Assembly (NCBI GenBank): GCA_963779685.1
Contig: CAVZZG010000003.1
Location: 1,095,382 to 1,159,381, forward strand
DNA from: an uncultured Actinomycetes bacterium
GTDB taxonomy: Bacteria > Actinomycetota > Thermoleophilia > Gaiellales > F1-60-MAGs149
Reading direction: 5' to 3'
DNA length: 64,000 bases
The translations under genes were made by a program, and so were the position numbers. The notes under the pieces are model-generated. The model made no database searches. It saw only the letters and a list, made by a program, of their open reading frames with translations, and was not told the origin of the DNA. Below, piece after piece: positions 31,536-41,827 of the stretch; position 1 is the stretch's first letter, and each line of letters opens with the position of its first letter.

Positions 31536-32506
31536 CAGCCGCGACGGCGACGGTCGTCGAGGTAGGCGGCGCCGACCAGGGACCCGGTCGCCAGCGCAGC
31601 GGCCGCCAGCATCTCCCGGGTTCCGGTGCGGATCGCAACTCCGGCCATGGCGAGCCCGACGACGGGCGCGGTGACCGCGCCGGCCGTCCGGTACCACGGT
31701 CGCTGGGCGGGAGGCGGCGGAGCGATGCCCTCGAGGGCGCGACGGGCGGCGGATGCGGTGGGACGGTCGCCCGGCCGGCGCCGCAGCATCGCGTCGATCG
31801 TTTCGGCGAACGGCGGGCTGAGCCCGACGACGAGGGTCGACAGCGGCGGTACGTCCTCCCGGATCCGACGCCGCTCGTCGGCCGCGAACGGCACCGTGCC
31901 CGTCAACAGTTCGTGCGCGACCACCCCGAGCGCGTAGACGTCCGTGGGCGACTCGGCCTCGCGCCCGGACAGCTGTTCAGGAGCCATGTAGCGCCGCGTG
32001 CCGATGACGTGACCCGCGGTCGTGGCATGCGGGTCGCCCATGCGCCGGGCGATGCCGAAGTCCGAGACCTTGACCGTCCCCTGACGGGTCTTGAGGAGGT
32101 TCGCGGGCTTGACGTCGCGGTGCACCATCCCGATCGCGTGCGCATCGGCCAGTCCGTACGCGGCGTGGATCAGGTACTCGCGCACGACCTCTGTCGACCC
32201 GCAGCCGATGTCCTGCCTGAGGTCGCCGCCGTCCATGTACTCCATCAGGATGAAGATGCGCCCCTCGTGCTCGTCGACCCCGTATACCGTGACGACATGC
32301 GGCGAGCCCGACAGCTTGGCGAGGCGCCTTGCCTCGTCGTGAAGGTCCATGTGGCGCGTCATGTCCGCCCGCGCTCTCGCCAGCTTCAGTGCCCGCAACA
32401 CGTCGAGCGTGCCGTCCCACACCAGGAACACCTCTGCTGCGGCGCCGTCGCCGATCTTCCGGATCACCCGGTAAGGCCCGATGTAGAGGTCGTCGCCCTC
32501 GTTCAC
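31535..32506 (-). CDS. Ser/Thr protein kinase
   Basis: ALK, HRDVKPAN, DFG, YMAPEQ, DVYALG. Confidence 0.92.
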   Translation of the reverse strand: MNEGDDLYIGPYRVIRKIGDGAAAEVFLVWDGTLDVLRALKLARARADMTRHMDLHDEARRLAKLSGSPHVVTVYGVDEHEGRIFILMEYMDGGDLRQDIGCGSTEVVREYLIHAAYGLADAHAIGMVHRDVKPANLLKTRQGTVKVSDFGIARRMGDPHATTAGHVIGTRRYMAPEQLSGREAESPTDVYALGVVAHELLTGTVPFAADERRRIREDVPPLSTLVVGLSPPFAETIDAMLRRRPGDRPTASAARRALEGIAPPPPAQRPWYRTAGAVTAPVVGLAMAGVAIRTGTREMLAAAALATGSLVGAAYLDDRRRRG

Positions 32507-34035
32507 CAGTAGTAGCCCATCCTGCGATAGGCCTTCCCAGGGTCGTCCTTGACGAGCCCGAAGACGTCGCCCTTCGAGGCCCGCGCGAGGTCATCGAGCA
32601 CCGTCCGCGCGCCCGTGCACGCGACCGAGAAGACGCGTACCCGGTCGGGGCGATCTCCGCCGCCCGCCGTCTCGATGTGACGCCACAGATCGGACAGCTC
32701 GGTCGCGCTCCCGGAGTCCTTGCCGGAACTGATCAGGATCACTCCGGCCATGCGGGACGGCCCGGAGATCGTCCGCAACCACGCGATGTTGTCGAATGCC
32801 CGCGCGAGCGCGTCGTACCACGGGTACGACACGCCGCTCGCGGCCTGCACCCTGAGCGCATCGATCAGGCGATTGCGGTTGGTCGCAAGGAGACCGACCG
32901 GCACCGGTGCCGACCCGGCGACCCACAGGCCGACCCGATCGTCCGGCGACATCCGATCGAGCATGCCGGCGACGTAGGAGTGGAGCCGCCCGGTGGTCGC
33001 ACAGGCCGGATCGACCACGATGCCGACGTCGGCGTGCTTGCGCACGTACGGCCAGTCGGCGAGGGCGCCGGTGAGGACTCGCGTCTCGGGCTGGACGGTC
33101 GACGCCAGTCCACTCGTATCCCGGCGGAAGCCCGCCTCGGCGATCAGGCGGTCATCGACGTGGTCCTCGATGTAGGCGCGGAGGTCGCGGGCGGCCTGCG
33201 CCTGCTGCCCACTGGCACCGGGCGAGCGGACGACGACCAGGGGGTAACGGGCGAGGTACGTCCCGTCCTGGGGCAGCGATCCGACCAGCGGCCTGGACGG
33301 ATTCGTCGCGTTGTAGCGCCTCAGCGAGTTCTCCTGCACCACGGCACCGCCGGCGTACTGGCTGCCCCACCGCCCGAGCTGGTCGAGGAACTCGTTACCC
33401 GTGTCGGCGTAGTGCACGACGCGCGTCTCGAGGTCGGCGACGCGGGCCAGCACCGCCGGGTCGTGGATGTCGTCGACGGTCGGCTCGCGGCGCGCCGCCC
33501 AGCGCAGCTCGGCGGCGAGGTCGAACAGGCCCGACGTGGAGTAATCGGGATTCGTGTGCCCGAACAGGAGCCGCCGCTGCTGCACGCGGTCGAACAGCTC
33601 CTGCCAGGTGGTGGGTGGCGAGGCGGAGCCGGCGCCGGATGGCTGCACGAGCACCAGCGGCGAGACGACCAGCGGTGCCCGGTTCCATTCCGCGCGCGAG
33701 ACCCGTCCGCTCGTCTCGGCCCAGTACTGCGACGCCGGGAGCCAGAGGTCGACCGGCTTGCCGTCTCGAATCTGCGCCTGGGCGTCGCCGGACGCGAGCG
33801 GCGTCGCCTCGACGACCACGCGCCGGCGCGGCATCCCGATCGCGTGGTCGCCGGCATTGAACCGGGCGACGAGATCGTCGCCGGGCTTCGCCACCAGGTC
33901 GGCGGCGTCCGGCGAGTAGACGAATGCGACCCGCACCGGGTCGCGCTCCCACACCCAAAGCGACCAGGCCGCGCCGGCCACGAGCAGCAGGGCCAGCGCC
34001 CGCAGCGACCAGACCGCCGCGCGGAGGGCGTTCAC
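32503..34035 (-). CDS. substrate-binding domain protein with degenerate vWA domain
   Basis: DLWLPAS, SPLV, HTNPDYSTSG, VVQENS; C-terminal VILISSGKD. Confidence 0.7.
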   Translation of the reverse strand: MNALRAAVWSLRALALLLVAGAAWSLWVWERDPVRVAFVYSPDAADLVAKPGDDLVARFNAGDHAIGMPRRRVVVEATPLASGDAQAQIRDGKPVDLWLPASQYWAETSGRVSRAEWNRAPLVVSPLVLVQPSGAGSASPPTTWQELFDRVQQRRLLFGHTNPDYSTSGLFDLAAELRWAARREPTVDDIHDPAVLARVADLETRVVHYADTGNEFLDQLGRWGSQYAGGAVVQENSLRRYNATNPSRPLVGSLPQDGTYLARYPLVVVRSPGASGQQAQAARDLRAYIEDHVDDRLIAEAGFRRDTSGLASTVQPETRVLTGALADWPYVRKHADVGIVVDPACATTGRLHSYVAGMLDRMSPDDRVGLWVAGSAPVPVGLLATNRNRLIDALRVQAASGVSYPWYDALARAFDNIAWLRTISGPSRMAGVILISSGKDSGSATELSDLWRHIETAGGGDRPDRVRVFSVACTGARTVLDDLARASKGDVFGLVKDDPGKAYRRMGYYW

Positions 34036-36659
34036 TCGGGGTGGGTGTCGAGCCAATTGATGAGCTCCACGGGGTTCGACGTTCCGGTCTTGCGACGGAT
34101 GTTCTGGACGTGGTAGTCCACGGCCTTGAAGGACAGGTAGAGGTGGCCGGCGATCTCCTTGTACGGCATCCCGGCCGCGCGCATGACGGCGACTTGACGC
34201 TCCCGTCTGGTCAGAGCGTCGCGGTCTCCCCGATGTCCCGACGTCGCAGGGCCGACGGCCTGATCGTCGCAGCGTCGGGCCCAGGCGACCGCCCCGAGCC
34301 GCTCGAAGGCCGCCCAGGCCGAATCGATCAGATCCTTCGCCCGGGTGAGCCGACGCTGCTTCCGCAGCGCCCTCGCGGCCGTGAGTTCGACCCGCGCCCG
34401 GTGATAGGGATGCAGTGGCGCCAGCTCCGCCGCGAGCGCCACGGCACGCTCCAGGCTCTCGATGTCGTCTCCGGCCGTGGCGGCGGCGAGGCGGGCGACC
34501 AGCCACGGGTGGTGTCGGTCGGGCGCCGCGACCGTCTCGCCTGCGTCGGCGAGATCGGCGAGCGCGAGCAGCCCGATCGCACCGTCGTCGGTCGACGCGA
34601 CGTCGGCGAGGGCGGCCCGGGCTCCCGGCAGATCGGCACGAGACAGGCAGAGCGCGCCCGCGCAGTAGGCGGCCAGGCGGGCGAAGTCCTCCGGGGAGAG
34701 ACCCTCCGCGGCCGCACTCAGCCACGTCTCATGGCGATCGGCGTCTCCGCGCATGGCGCTGAGCCGCGCCAGTTCGCCCGCGGCGGCGGCCGCGACGGAC
34801 TCCTGGCCCGAGGCGCGGAAGAGCTCGACCGCATCCTCCAGCGCGCCGGTGGCAGCGTCCCACTGGCCCTCCAGCTCGCGACGCCCGGCCAGGGCCAGCA
34901 GCGCGTGCGGGATGACGGCCGTACGCTGACGACTACGCGCGGCGTGGACGGCCCGCTCGCAGAAGCCGCCGTCCAGCTCTCCGCCGGCACGGGCGGCGAG
35001 CAGGAGCAGGTCGGGATCGTCTGCGAAGGCCGGGTCGGCCTCCAGCGCGGCGATCCCGCCGTCCGCGTACGGCCCCGCCTCGTCCGGACGGTCGACGGCG
35101 CGGAGCGCCGCGGCCAGACAGAGCCGGGCCCGCACCCAGAGGGCGTCGCGCTCCGGTCCGGCCAGCTCGACCGCACGCGTCAGCATGGCCACCCGCTCCT
35201 CCGGCGGCGCGATCGATCCGGCGGTGATCAGCATCGCGGCGGCCCGTCGTGGATCGACCGGAGCGATCTCGTCGACCGCGCGCTGGAGACGGTCGAGCAC
35301 GGCCACGGGGCGCAGCTGGCCCAGGTCGAGAACGGCACCGAGATGCTCGCAGTCGGCCCGCTGCGCCGCGTCCTGGGCGAACTCGCCCGCCTCCGCCAGG
35401 AGCCGGCGGGCGCTGTCCGCCTCGGCGGCGAGGCGCGCCGCCGAGGCACCGGCCAGCAGCCGCCGGCAGCGATCGCCATCGGCCGGGCTCAGCTGGGCTG
35501 CGCGCTCGTACGCGGGCCAGGCGCCGGCCGGTCCGCCGCGTCGCTCGACCTCGGAGCCGGCCCATTCGAGCTCGGACGCGACGTCCTCATCGGGCCCGAG
35601 TGCGGCATGTCCCATATGGATCGCCCGCCGGGCGCGGTACCGCGGCGCGGTCATCGTCGCGGCGATCTTCGCATGGGCCGCGCGCAGCTCGGCCGGCGAC
35701 GCAGCAGCAACGATCGCCTCGTGGATCAGCGGATCGGTGAACCGAATGACCCGCCCGTCCACGACCAGTATGCCGCGGGCCTCCGCGGCCCCGACGGCGT
35801 CGCCACCGCCCGGGAGCCGGCCAAAGACGGTCAGCGCTTCGGTGTCGGCCACCGCGGCCTCGAGGAGGAACGCAGCCGTGTCCGTCGCGACCGGGACCCG
35901 ATCGACGATCTCCTGCCAGCGATCTCGCCGGAGGAGGACCGACGACAGGCGCTTCTTGCCCAGCAACTGCTCGCGCGTCATTCCCCGCGCGGCATGGACG
36001 AGCTTGAAGGGATTCCCACCGCAATCGTCGAGCAGTCTTCGCAGGACTGCGGGCGCGATCGTCTCGTTCGGCTCCAGGTTCCGGGCCTCCGTCCTGAGGA
36101 TCTGCCGGGCGGGGCGTTCCTCGAGCGGACCGAGGTCGATGACGGGTAGCCCGGAGGCGACGGGAAACCCGGGGTCGCGGGTGGCCATCACGATCACGAC
36201 CGACTCTCGCTCCAGCCGGCGCGCAGCCATCACGAGCGTCGCGGCCGACGCTCGATCGAGCAGCTGCGCGTCCTCCACCACGACGAGCAGCGCATCGTCC
36301 CCGGCACCGGCGAGCAGCGAGAGCGTGGCCGCCGCGAGGGCAAGCGGATCCACGGTGCCGCCATCCCCCTCGGCGAAGGCGTTCTCGAGGGCGCGGCGCT
36401 GGCCGTTGCCGAGCTCCGCGGCCGATGCGAGCAGCGGATGGAGCAAGCGGTGGAGGGCGGCGAACCCGATCTCGCGCTCGTTGGACACGCCGGCCACCTC
36501 GATCACCGACAGGCCCTCGCGGTGGCGGATCGACGCGAGCAACTCGGACTTGCCGATCCCCGCCGGGCCGCGCACGATGACGCAACCACTGCGACCATCG
36601 CGGGCGGCACCGATGAGGTCGGCGAGACGGCGCTCCTCCACGGTGCGTCCCAGCAGCAC
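34032..36659 (-). CDS. large ATP-binding LuxR-family regulator
   Basis: GPAGIGKS, VVEDAQLLD, GGNPF, C-terminal LTRRERQVA HTH. Confidence 0.9.
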   Translation of the reverse strand: MLLGRTVEERRLADLIGAARDGRSGCVIVRGPAGIGKSELLASIRHREGLSVIEVAGVSNEREIGFAALHRLLHPLLASAAELGNGQRRALENAFAEGDGGTVDPLALAAATLSLLAGAGDDALLVVVEDAQLLDRASAATLVMAARRLERESVVIVMATRDPGFPVASGLPVIDLGPLEERPARQILRTEARNLEPNETIAPAVLRRLLDDCGGNPFKLVHAARGMTREQLLGKKRLSSVLLRRDRWQEIVDRVPVATDTAAFLLEAAVADTEALTVFGRLPGGGDAVGAAEARGILVVDGRVIRFTDPLIHEAIVAAASPAELRAAHAKIAATMTAPRYRARRAIHMGHAALGPDEDVASELEWAGSEVERRGGPAGAWPAYERAAQLSPADGDRCRRLLAGASAARLAAEADSARRLLAEAGEFAQDAAQRADCEHLGAVLDLGQLRPVAVLDRLQRAVDEIAPVDPRRAAAMLITAGSIAPPEERVAMLTRAVELAGPERDALWVRARLCLAAALRAVDRPDEAGPYADGGIAALEADPAFADDPDLLLLAARAGGELDGGFCERAVHAARSRQRTAVIPHALLALAGRRELEGQWDAATGALEDAVELFRASGQESVAAAAAGELARLSAMRGDADRHETWLSAAAEGLSPEDFARLAAYCAGALCLSRADLPGARAALADVASTDDGAIGLLALADLADAGETVAAPDRHHPWLVARLAAATAGDDIESLERAVALAAELAPLHPYHRARVELTAARALRKQRRLTRAKDLIDSAWAAFERLGAVAWARRCDDQAVGPATSGHRGDRDALTRRERQVAVMRAAGMPYKEIAGHLYLSFKAVDYHVQNIRRKTGTSNPVELINWLDTHPE

Positions 36660-36705
36660 GTGCCGATTCTCTCACGCGGATCGTGCCCTGTGGGGCCTTC
36701 GCGAC

Positions 36706-36728
36706 AAGACCGGGAATGTTCCCGATGC
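36706..36728 (+). promoter_or_regulatory. palindromic operator-like site, copy B
   Basis: AAGACCGGGAATGTTCCCGATGC between the divergent LuxR gene and pyk. Confidence 0.55.
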
Positions 36729-36783
36729 CAGGCGAGACGGCCGCCTGCAAGCTTGGATAGGAGTCAGCCGAAGCGGAGTTGCC

Positions 36784-38238
36784 ATGCGCCAGGATCACCT
36801 CACCGAACTCGAGCCACGACCCAGGGCGACCAGCACTCGCCGCCGCCGGCAGACGAAGATCGTGTGCACGCTCGGGCCGGCCAGCTCCGACCTGGAGACC
36901 GTCATCGCGCTCGCGGAGGCGGGCATGGACGTGGCGCGGATCAACCTCTCGCATGGGACGCAGGAGGACCACCAGGCCCGGATCGCGCTCGTCCGCGCGG
37001 CCAGTGCGGAGCTCGGTCGGCCGATTGCGATCCTGGCAGACCTCGGCGGCCCGAAGATCCGGGTCGAGAACCTCGAGGCCCCGCGTACCGTGGCCGCCGG
37101 CGATGAACTCGTGCTGTGCAGCGTCGGCGGAGGCGCGCAGGGTGATCTGGAGATCTCCTTCCCGGGCATCGCCGAGGTCGTCCAGGTCGGCGATCCGGTG
37201 CTGATCGACGACGGCCGGATCCGGCTGCGCGCGACCGGAAGAGACGGACGCCGGCTGGTGTGCCGGGTCGAGACGGGCGGCACGATCACCATGCGAAAGG
37301 GTGTCAACCTGCCTGGGACGAACCTGCCCATCCCCTCGCTCACCGCGAAGGACCGCGCGGATCTCCCGTTCGTCCTCGATCAGGGCGCCGACTTCGTGGC
37401 GCTGTCGTTCGTGCGCAGCGCCAATGACGTCGCCGAGCTCCGCCGCCTGATCGAGGAGGCCGGGTCACGGGCGCGGATCATCGCCAAGATCGAGATGGCC
37501 GAGGCGCTCACGGAGCTCGACGCGATCATCGCGGCTAGCGACGCCGTGATGGTCGCCCGTGGCGATCTCGGCGTCGAGGTCGGCGTGGCCCGCGTGCCGG
37601 TGCTGCAGAAACGCATCATCGAACGCTCGCTGGCGGCCAAGAAGGCCGTCATCACGGCCACCCAGATGCTCGAGTCGATGATCGAGAACCCGGAGCCAAC
37701 CCGGGCCGAGGCAACCGATGTGGCCAATGCCATCGTCGACGGCACGTCGGCCGTGATGCTGTCGGCCGAGACCGCCTCCGGGAAGCACCCGGTGGCAGCG
37801 GTGCGGTTCATGAACGAGATCGCCCTCGACATCGAGCCAACGCTGGGCTACGGCGAGCCGGCCGTGGCACCCGCCCGACTGCAGGGCATCCTCGCCCGCT
37901 CGGCCTGCGACATCGCGGAGCGGCTCGGGGCGGCCGTGATCGCGGTGCCGACCGCGTCGGGCGAGACGGCACGGGAGATCTCGCGGTCGCGGCCGCGGCG
38001 CCCGGTCGTTGCGGCCAGCGACGACGAGACCGTGCTGCGCCAGCTCGCGCTCGAGTGGGGCGTCGCGCCGCTCGAGGTCGCGCCGGCGGAATCGGCGGAA
38101 GAGCACTGGCTCGCGATCCACGACGCGGTGGTCGGTGCCGACCTGGCCGGTCCGGGCGAGACGATCGTCTACGCGGGTCGCACGGAGCTGTCGCTGCCAG
38201 GCGAGACCGTCCACGTCCTGGTGCACGAGGTGAGCTGA
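36784..38238 (+). CDS. pyk: pyruvate kinase
   Basis: TKIVCTLGPAS, MVARGDLGVE, ATQMLESM, PTRAE, MLSAETA. Confidence 0.96.
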   Translation: MRQDHLTELEPRPRATSTRRRRQTKIVCTLGPASSDLETVIALAEAGMDVARINLSHGTQEDHQARIALVRAASAELGRPIAILADLGGPKIRVENLEAPRTVAAGDELVLCSVGGGAQGDLEISFPGIAEVVQVGDPVLIDDGRIRLRATGRDGRRLVCRVETGGTITMRKGVNLPGTNLPIPSLTAKDRADLPFVLDQGADFVALSFVRSANDVAELRRLIEEAGSRARIIAKIEMAEALTELDAIIAASDAVMVARGDLGVEVGVARVPVLQKRIIERSLAAKKAVITATQMLESMIENPEPTRAEATDVANAIVDGTSAVMLSAETASGKHPVAAVRFMNEIALDIEPTLGYGEPAVAPARLQGILARSACDIAERLGAAVIAVPTASGETAREISRSRPRRPVVAASDDETVLRQLALEWGVAPLEVAPAESAEEHWLAIHDAVVGADLAGPGETIVYAGRTELSLPGETVHVLVHEVS

Positions 38239-38345
38239 TGCTGCACCTGGCGGAGAACTGGCTCCTGATCCTTCTCGTCGGCTCGATCCTCTACGGGTGC
38301 GACGAGGCGGACAAGAAACGACGGCGGAGACGGCGGCGGCGATGA
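38238..38345 (+). CDS. small membrane peptide with poly-Arg tail
   Basis: TGATG coupling to the pyk stop; [35 protein letters not shown]. Confidence 0.45.
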   Translation: MLHLAENWLLILLVGSILYGCDEADKKRRRRRRRR

Positions 38346-38364
38346 GCCAACGCCACGACCCCGG

Positions 38365-38994
38365 CTACGGCACGGTGAAGGCGCCGCGGGCGGCGGCGCA
38401 GACCGGGCGGGCGAAGCACCCCTCGAGGTGGTCGTTGACGAGGCCCATGGCCTGCATGAAGGCGTAGGCGGTGGTCGGGCCGACGAAGCGGAATCCGCGA
38501 CGGCGGAGGTCCTTCGAGAGCCGGTACGAGGCCGGCGTAGTCGGCATGGCGAACAGGGCGTCGCGGTCGAGCCTCTCCGGCCGCTCGGCGGGCGGAGGCT
38601 CGAACCCCCACAGGTAGGCGGCCAGCGAGCCGAACTCCTCGATGACCGGCAGGGCGGCGGCGGCGTTGTTGATCGTCGCCTCGATCTTGCCGCGGTGGCG
38701 GACGATGCGAGAGTCGCCCAGCAGGCGGTCGACGTCGGCCGGCGTGAAGGCGGCGACGGCAACGGGATCGAATCCGTGGAAGACCTCGCGGAACGCCTCT
38801 CGCTTGCGGAGGATCGTGAGCCAGGACAGACCCGACTGGAACCCCTCGAGGCAGAGCTTCTCGAGCAGGCGGCGGTCGTCGGCGACCGGCAGGCCCCACT
38901 CGCCGTCGTGGTAGCGACGGTAATCCTCGTGGTCGCCGCCACCCCAGAAGCACCGCACGCGTCCGTCCTCGCCGATCTTCAGCCCGTCGTCCAT
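38365..38994 (-). CDS. tag: DNA-3-methyladenine glycosylase I
   Basis: RCFW, YHDGEWG, LEGFQSGLSW.TIL.KRE, NDHL..C. Confidence 0.93.
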   Translation of the reverse strand: MDDGLKIGEDGRVRCFWGGGDHEDYRRYHDGEWGLPVADDRRLLEKLCLEGFQSGLSWLTILRKREAFREVFHGFDPVAVAAFTPADVDRLLGDSRIVRHRGKIEATINNAAAALPVIEEFGSLAAYLWGFEPPPAERPERLDRDALFAMPTTPASYRLSKDLRRRGFRFVGPTTAYAFMQAMGLVNDHLEGCFARPVCAAARGAFTVP

Positions 38995-39022
38995 CTCCGT
39001 GAAGTTTGCCTAGACTTGGGCG

Positions 39023-39511
39023 ATGCAGCCAGCGCGGGCTGTCGCCGGGAGCGCGCTCTTCCTCTTCGTGGCACCGGGGACGGTGGCCGGCGCGCTGCCC
39101 TGGTGGCTCACGCGGTGGCGGTCGCACCCCGCACCCACCGAGGTCCGCATCGCCGGCGCCGTGCTGATCGCCGCCTCGCTGCCGGTGCTGGCGAACAGCT
39201 TCGTCCGCTTCGCGCGCGAGGGCCGCGGCACCCCGGCGCCCGTGGCGCCGACCGAGGATCTGGTCGTGACGGGCCCCTACCGCCACGTTCGGAACCCGAT
39301 GTACCTGGCCGTGGAGGGCGCGATCCTCGGCCAGGCGATGCTGCTCGGCCGGCCCATCCTGGTCGGGTACGCGGCCGTCGCCGGCGCGGCCATGACCGCC
39401 TTCGCGAAGCTGCACGAGGAGCCGGCCCTGAGCCGCCGCTACGGCGAGGCCTACGAGAGCTACCGGCAGGCGGTGCCGGCCTGGATCCCCAGACTCAGGA
39501 GGTCTTCGTAG
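39023..39511 (+). CDS. isoprenylcysteine/phospholipid methyltransferase family protein
   Basis: GTPAP, LVVTGPYRHVRNPMY, EE..L...YG..Y..Y. Confidence 0.85.
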   Translation: MQPARAVAGSALFLFVAPGTVAGALPWWLTRWRSHPAPTEVRIAGAVLIAASLPVLANSFVRFAREGRGTPAPVAPTEDLVVTGPYRHVRNPMYLAVEGAILGQAMLLGRPILVGYAAVAGAAMTAFAKLHEEPALSRRYGEAYESYRQAVPAWIPRLRRSS

Positions 39512-39848
39512 CCGGCGCTGCGGCGGCGGGTGCCGAGGCCGGCGCCGCGGACGGACCGCTGACCGACGTGCTCGCCGAGACGACGGTTGCCGCGGCCTTG
39601 GCCTGCGCCAGCGTGGCGGCGGCGAGCGTCTGGTAGCGACGGACCAGGACCTTCTGGGCCCGGGTGACGGCGCGGTCGTGCGCCACGGCCTGGTTCGCGA
39701 CGGTCTGCCACTGCGCGAGCTCGCCCTTCCACGCGGCGTTCGTCCGCTTGGCCTGGGCCAGCTCCTCGTGGGCGTCGACGGCGACCGCGACGGCCCCGCC
39801 GGCGATCAGCGCGACGCCGACCGTGTAGATCTTGATGACGCCGAGCAT
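39495..39848 (-). CDS. small exported protein
   Basis: Signal-like N-terminus, Ala-rich tail; coupled to the upstream ORF. Confidence 0.5.
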   Translation of the reverse strand: MLGVIKIYTVGVALIAGGAVAVAVDAHEELAQAKRTNAAWKGELAQWQTVANQAVAHDRAVTRAQKVLVRRYQTLAAATLAQAKAAATVVSASTSVSGPSAAPASAPAAAAPATKTS

Positions 39849-40180
39849 CAGTCCGACTCCCCGCTGTCGTCGCTCTCCTTGCCAGTGCCGCTGGGTGCGG
39901 TCGTTGCCGCCGCGACCCTCGAGATCGACCGCACGACCGGCGATGGCGCCGGGACGACGGTGACCTTGCGGCGGATCTTCGGTCGCTTGACGACCTTCGG
40001 CAGCGTGATCGGCCCGAGCGAGCCGAGGTAGGCCTCGGCGCGGGCGCGGTCGGTGAGTGCCTTCATCAGCGCCGCATCGGTGGGCTGCGTGGCGCTGGCG
40101 CGGGAGGTGCCGAGGGCGTAGCCGCCGGCCCCGGTGAGAGCGGCGGTAGCTGCGGCGACGGCGATGATGCCTGTCTGCAT
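39848..40180 (-). CDS. small exported protein
   Basis: Signal-like N-terminus and acidic tail. Confidence 0.5.
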   Translation of the reverse strand: MQTGIIAVAAATAALTGAGGYALGTSRASATQPTDAALMKALTDRARAEAYLGSLGPITLPKVVKRPKIRRKVTVVPAPSPVVRSISRVAAATTAPSGTGKESDDSGESD

Positions 40181-40297
40181 GGGGGCATCGTCGCCAGTGC
40201 GCATCAGACTGGTGTGAGGGTCGCATGAGATGGCGCTTACGACGCCGCCCGACCCCCGCCGTGGCACCATGTGAGGCATTCACCGAAAGGGCAGTCG

Positions 40298-41827
40298 ATG
40301 AGCGCCACCGCTTCCGCACCCCAGTCCACCGGGGTTCGCGTCCTCTCCAACTACGTCGGGGGCGCATGGGTCGCGTCGTCCTCGTCGCAGCTCCTGGACG
40401 TCACCAACCCGGCCACCGGCGAGGTGCTGGCCCGGGTGCCGCTGTCCACCAAGGCCGAGCTCGATGAGGCCGCGCGCGTCGCTCGCGGCGCCTACGAGAC
40501 CTGGCGCAAGGTGCCGGTGCTCGAGCGCACGCGCTGGCTCTACGACATCCGGCACGCCTTCGCCGAGCGGCTCGACGACATCGCCGCGTCGATCACCCGC
40601 GAGATGGGCAAGACCTACCCGGACGCCCAGGCCGAGGTCGCGCGCACGATCGAGAACGTCGAGGGCGCCTGCGCCGTGCCGACGATGATCCAGGGCAAGA
40701 TCCTGGAGGGCGTCGCGACCTCCGTGGACGCCGAGACGATCCGCCAGCCGGTGGGCGTGGTCGGCAACATCGTGCCGTTCAACTTCCCGGCCATGGTGCC
40801 GTTCTGGTTCCTGCCCTACGCCGTCGCCTGCGGCAACGCCTACGTGCTGAAGCCCTCGGAGCAGGTGCCCATGACGCAGGCCCTGATGTGGGAGATCATG
40901 CACGACGTCGGCGGGCTGCCGGCGGGCGTGATCAACCTCGTGAACGGCTCCGTCGACGTCGTCAACGCGATGCTCGACTCGCCCGACATCGACGCCATCA
41001 GCTTCGTCGGCTCGGCCAAGACCGCGCGCTACATCTACTCGCGCTCGGCCGAGAACGGCAAGCGCGTGCAGGCGCTCGGCGGCGCCAAGAACCACATGAT
41101 CGTCATGCCCGACGCCGTCATGGACAAGACCGCCGACAACATCATCGGCTCGGCCTTCGGCGCCGCCGGCCAGCGCTGCATGGCGGGCTCGGTCGTGGTC
41201 GCCGTCGGCGACGCCAAGAAGCCCCTCTTCGACGAATTGATCCCGAAGGTCGAGGCGCTGCGGGTCGGCGACGGCATGGAGAAGGGCATCAGCGTCGGAC
41301 CGGTGGTGTCGTGTGCCGCGCGCGACCGCATCCGCGGCATGATCGAGACCGGGCTCGGCGAGGGCGCGACCCTCGCGGTCGACGGCCGCGAACCGGGAGG
41401 CGACCCCAAGGGCGCCTTCATCGGACCGACCATCCTCGACGAGGTCACGCCCGAGATGAGCGTCGCCCAGGACGAGATCTTCGGCCCGGTGCTGTCGGTC
41501 ATCCACGCCGACTCGCTCGAGGAGGCGATCCGGATCGTCAACAACTGCCGGTACGGCAACGGCACGTCGATCTTCACCGAGTCGGGCGCCGCCGTCCGCA
41601 AGTACCGCGAGGACGTCCAGGTCGGCATGATCGGCGTCAACGTCGGCGTGGCCGCCCCCGTCGGCGTCTTCCCGTTCACGGGCTGGCGCGACTCGTTCCT
41701 CGGCGACATGCACGCGCAGGCGGGCGACGCCGTCGACTTCTACACCCGCAAGAAGACCACCACCAGCCGCTGGTTCTCGGGCGGCCCGGTCGGCAAGTTC
41801 TTCGTCGAGCATGGAGACACGCACTGA
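40298..41827 (+). CDS. mmsA: CoA-acylating (methyl)malonate-semialdehyde dehydrogenase
   Basis: PFNFPAMVP, GGAKNH, GAAGQRCMA, EIFGP. Confidence 0.92.
   Translation: MSATASAPQSTGVRVLSNYVGGAWVASSSSQLLDVTNPATGEVLARVPLSTKAELDEAARVARGAYETWRKVPVLERTRWLYDIRHAFAERLDDIAASITREMGKTYPDAQAEVARTIENVEGACAVPTMIQGKILEGVATSVDAETIRQPVGVVGNIVPFNFPAMVPFWFLPYAVACGNAYVLKPSEQVPMTQALMWEIMHDVGGLPAGVINLVNGSVDVVNAMLDSPDIDAISFVGSAKTARYIYSRSAENGKRVQALGGAKNHMIVMPDAVMDKTADNIIGSAFGAAGQRCMAGSVVVAVGDAKKPLFDELIPKVEALRVGDGMEKGISVGPVVSCAARDRIRGMIETGLGEGATLAVDGREPGGDPKGAFIGPTILDEVTPEMSVAQDEIFGPVLSVIHADSLEEAIRIVNNCRYGNGTSIFTESGAAVRKYREDVQVGMIGVNVGVAAPVGVFPFTGWRDSFLGDMHAQAGDAVDFYTRKKTTTSRWFSGGPVGKFFVEHGDTH

Noticed and set aside
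35185-36783. Long N-terminal fusion to pyruvate kinase, and other long antisense ORFs
   Set aside because: Shadow frames of real genes, expected in high-GC DNA.
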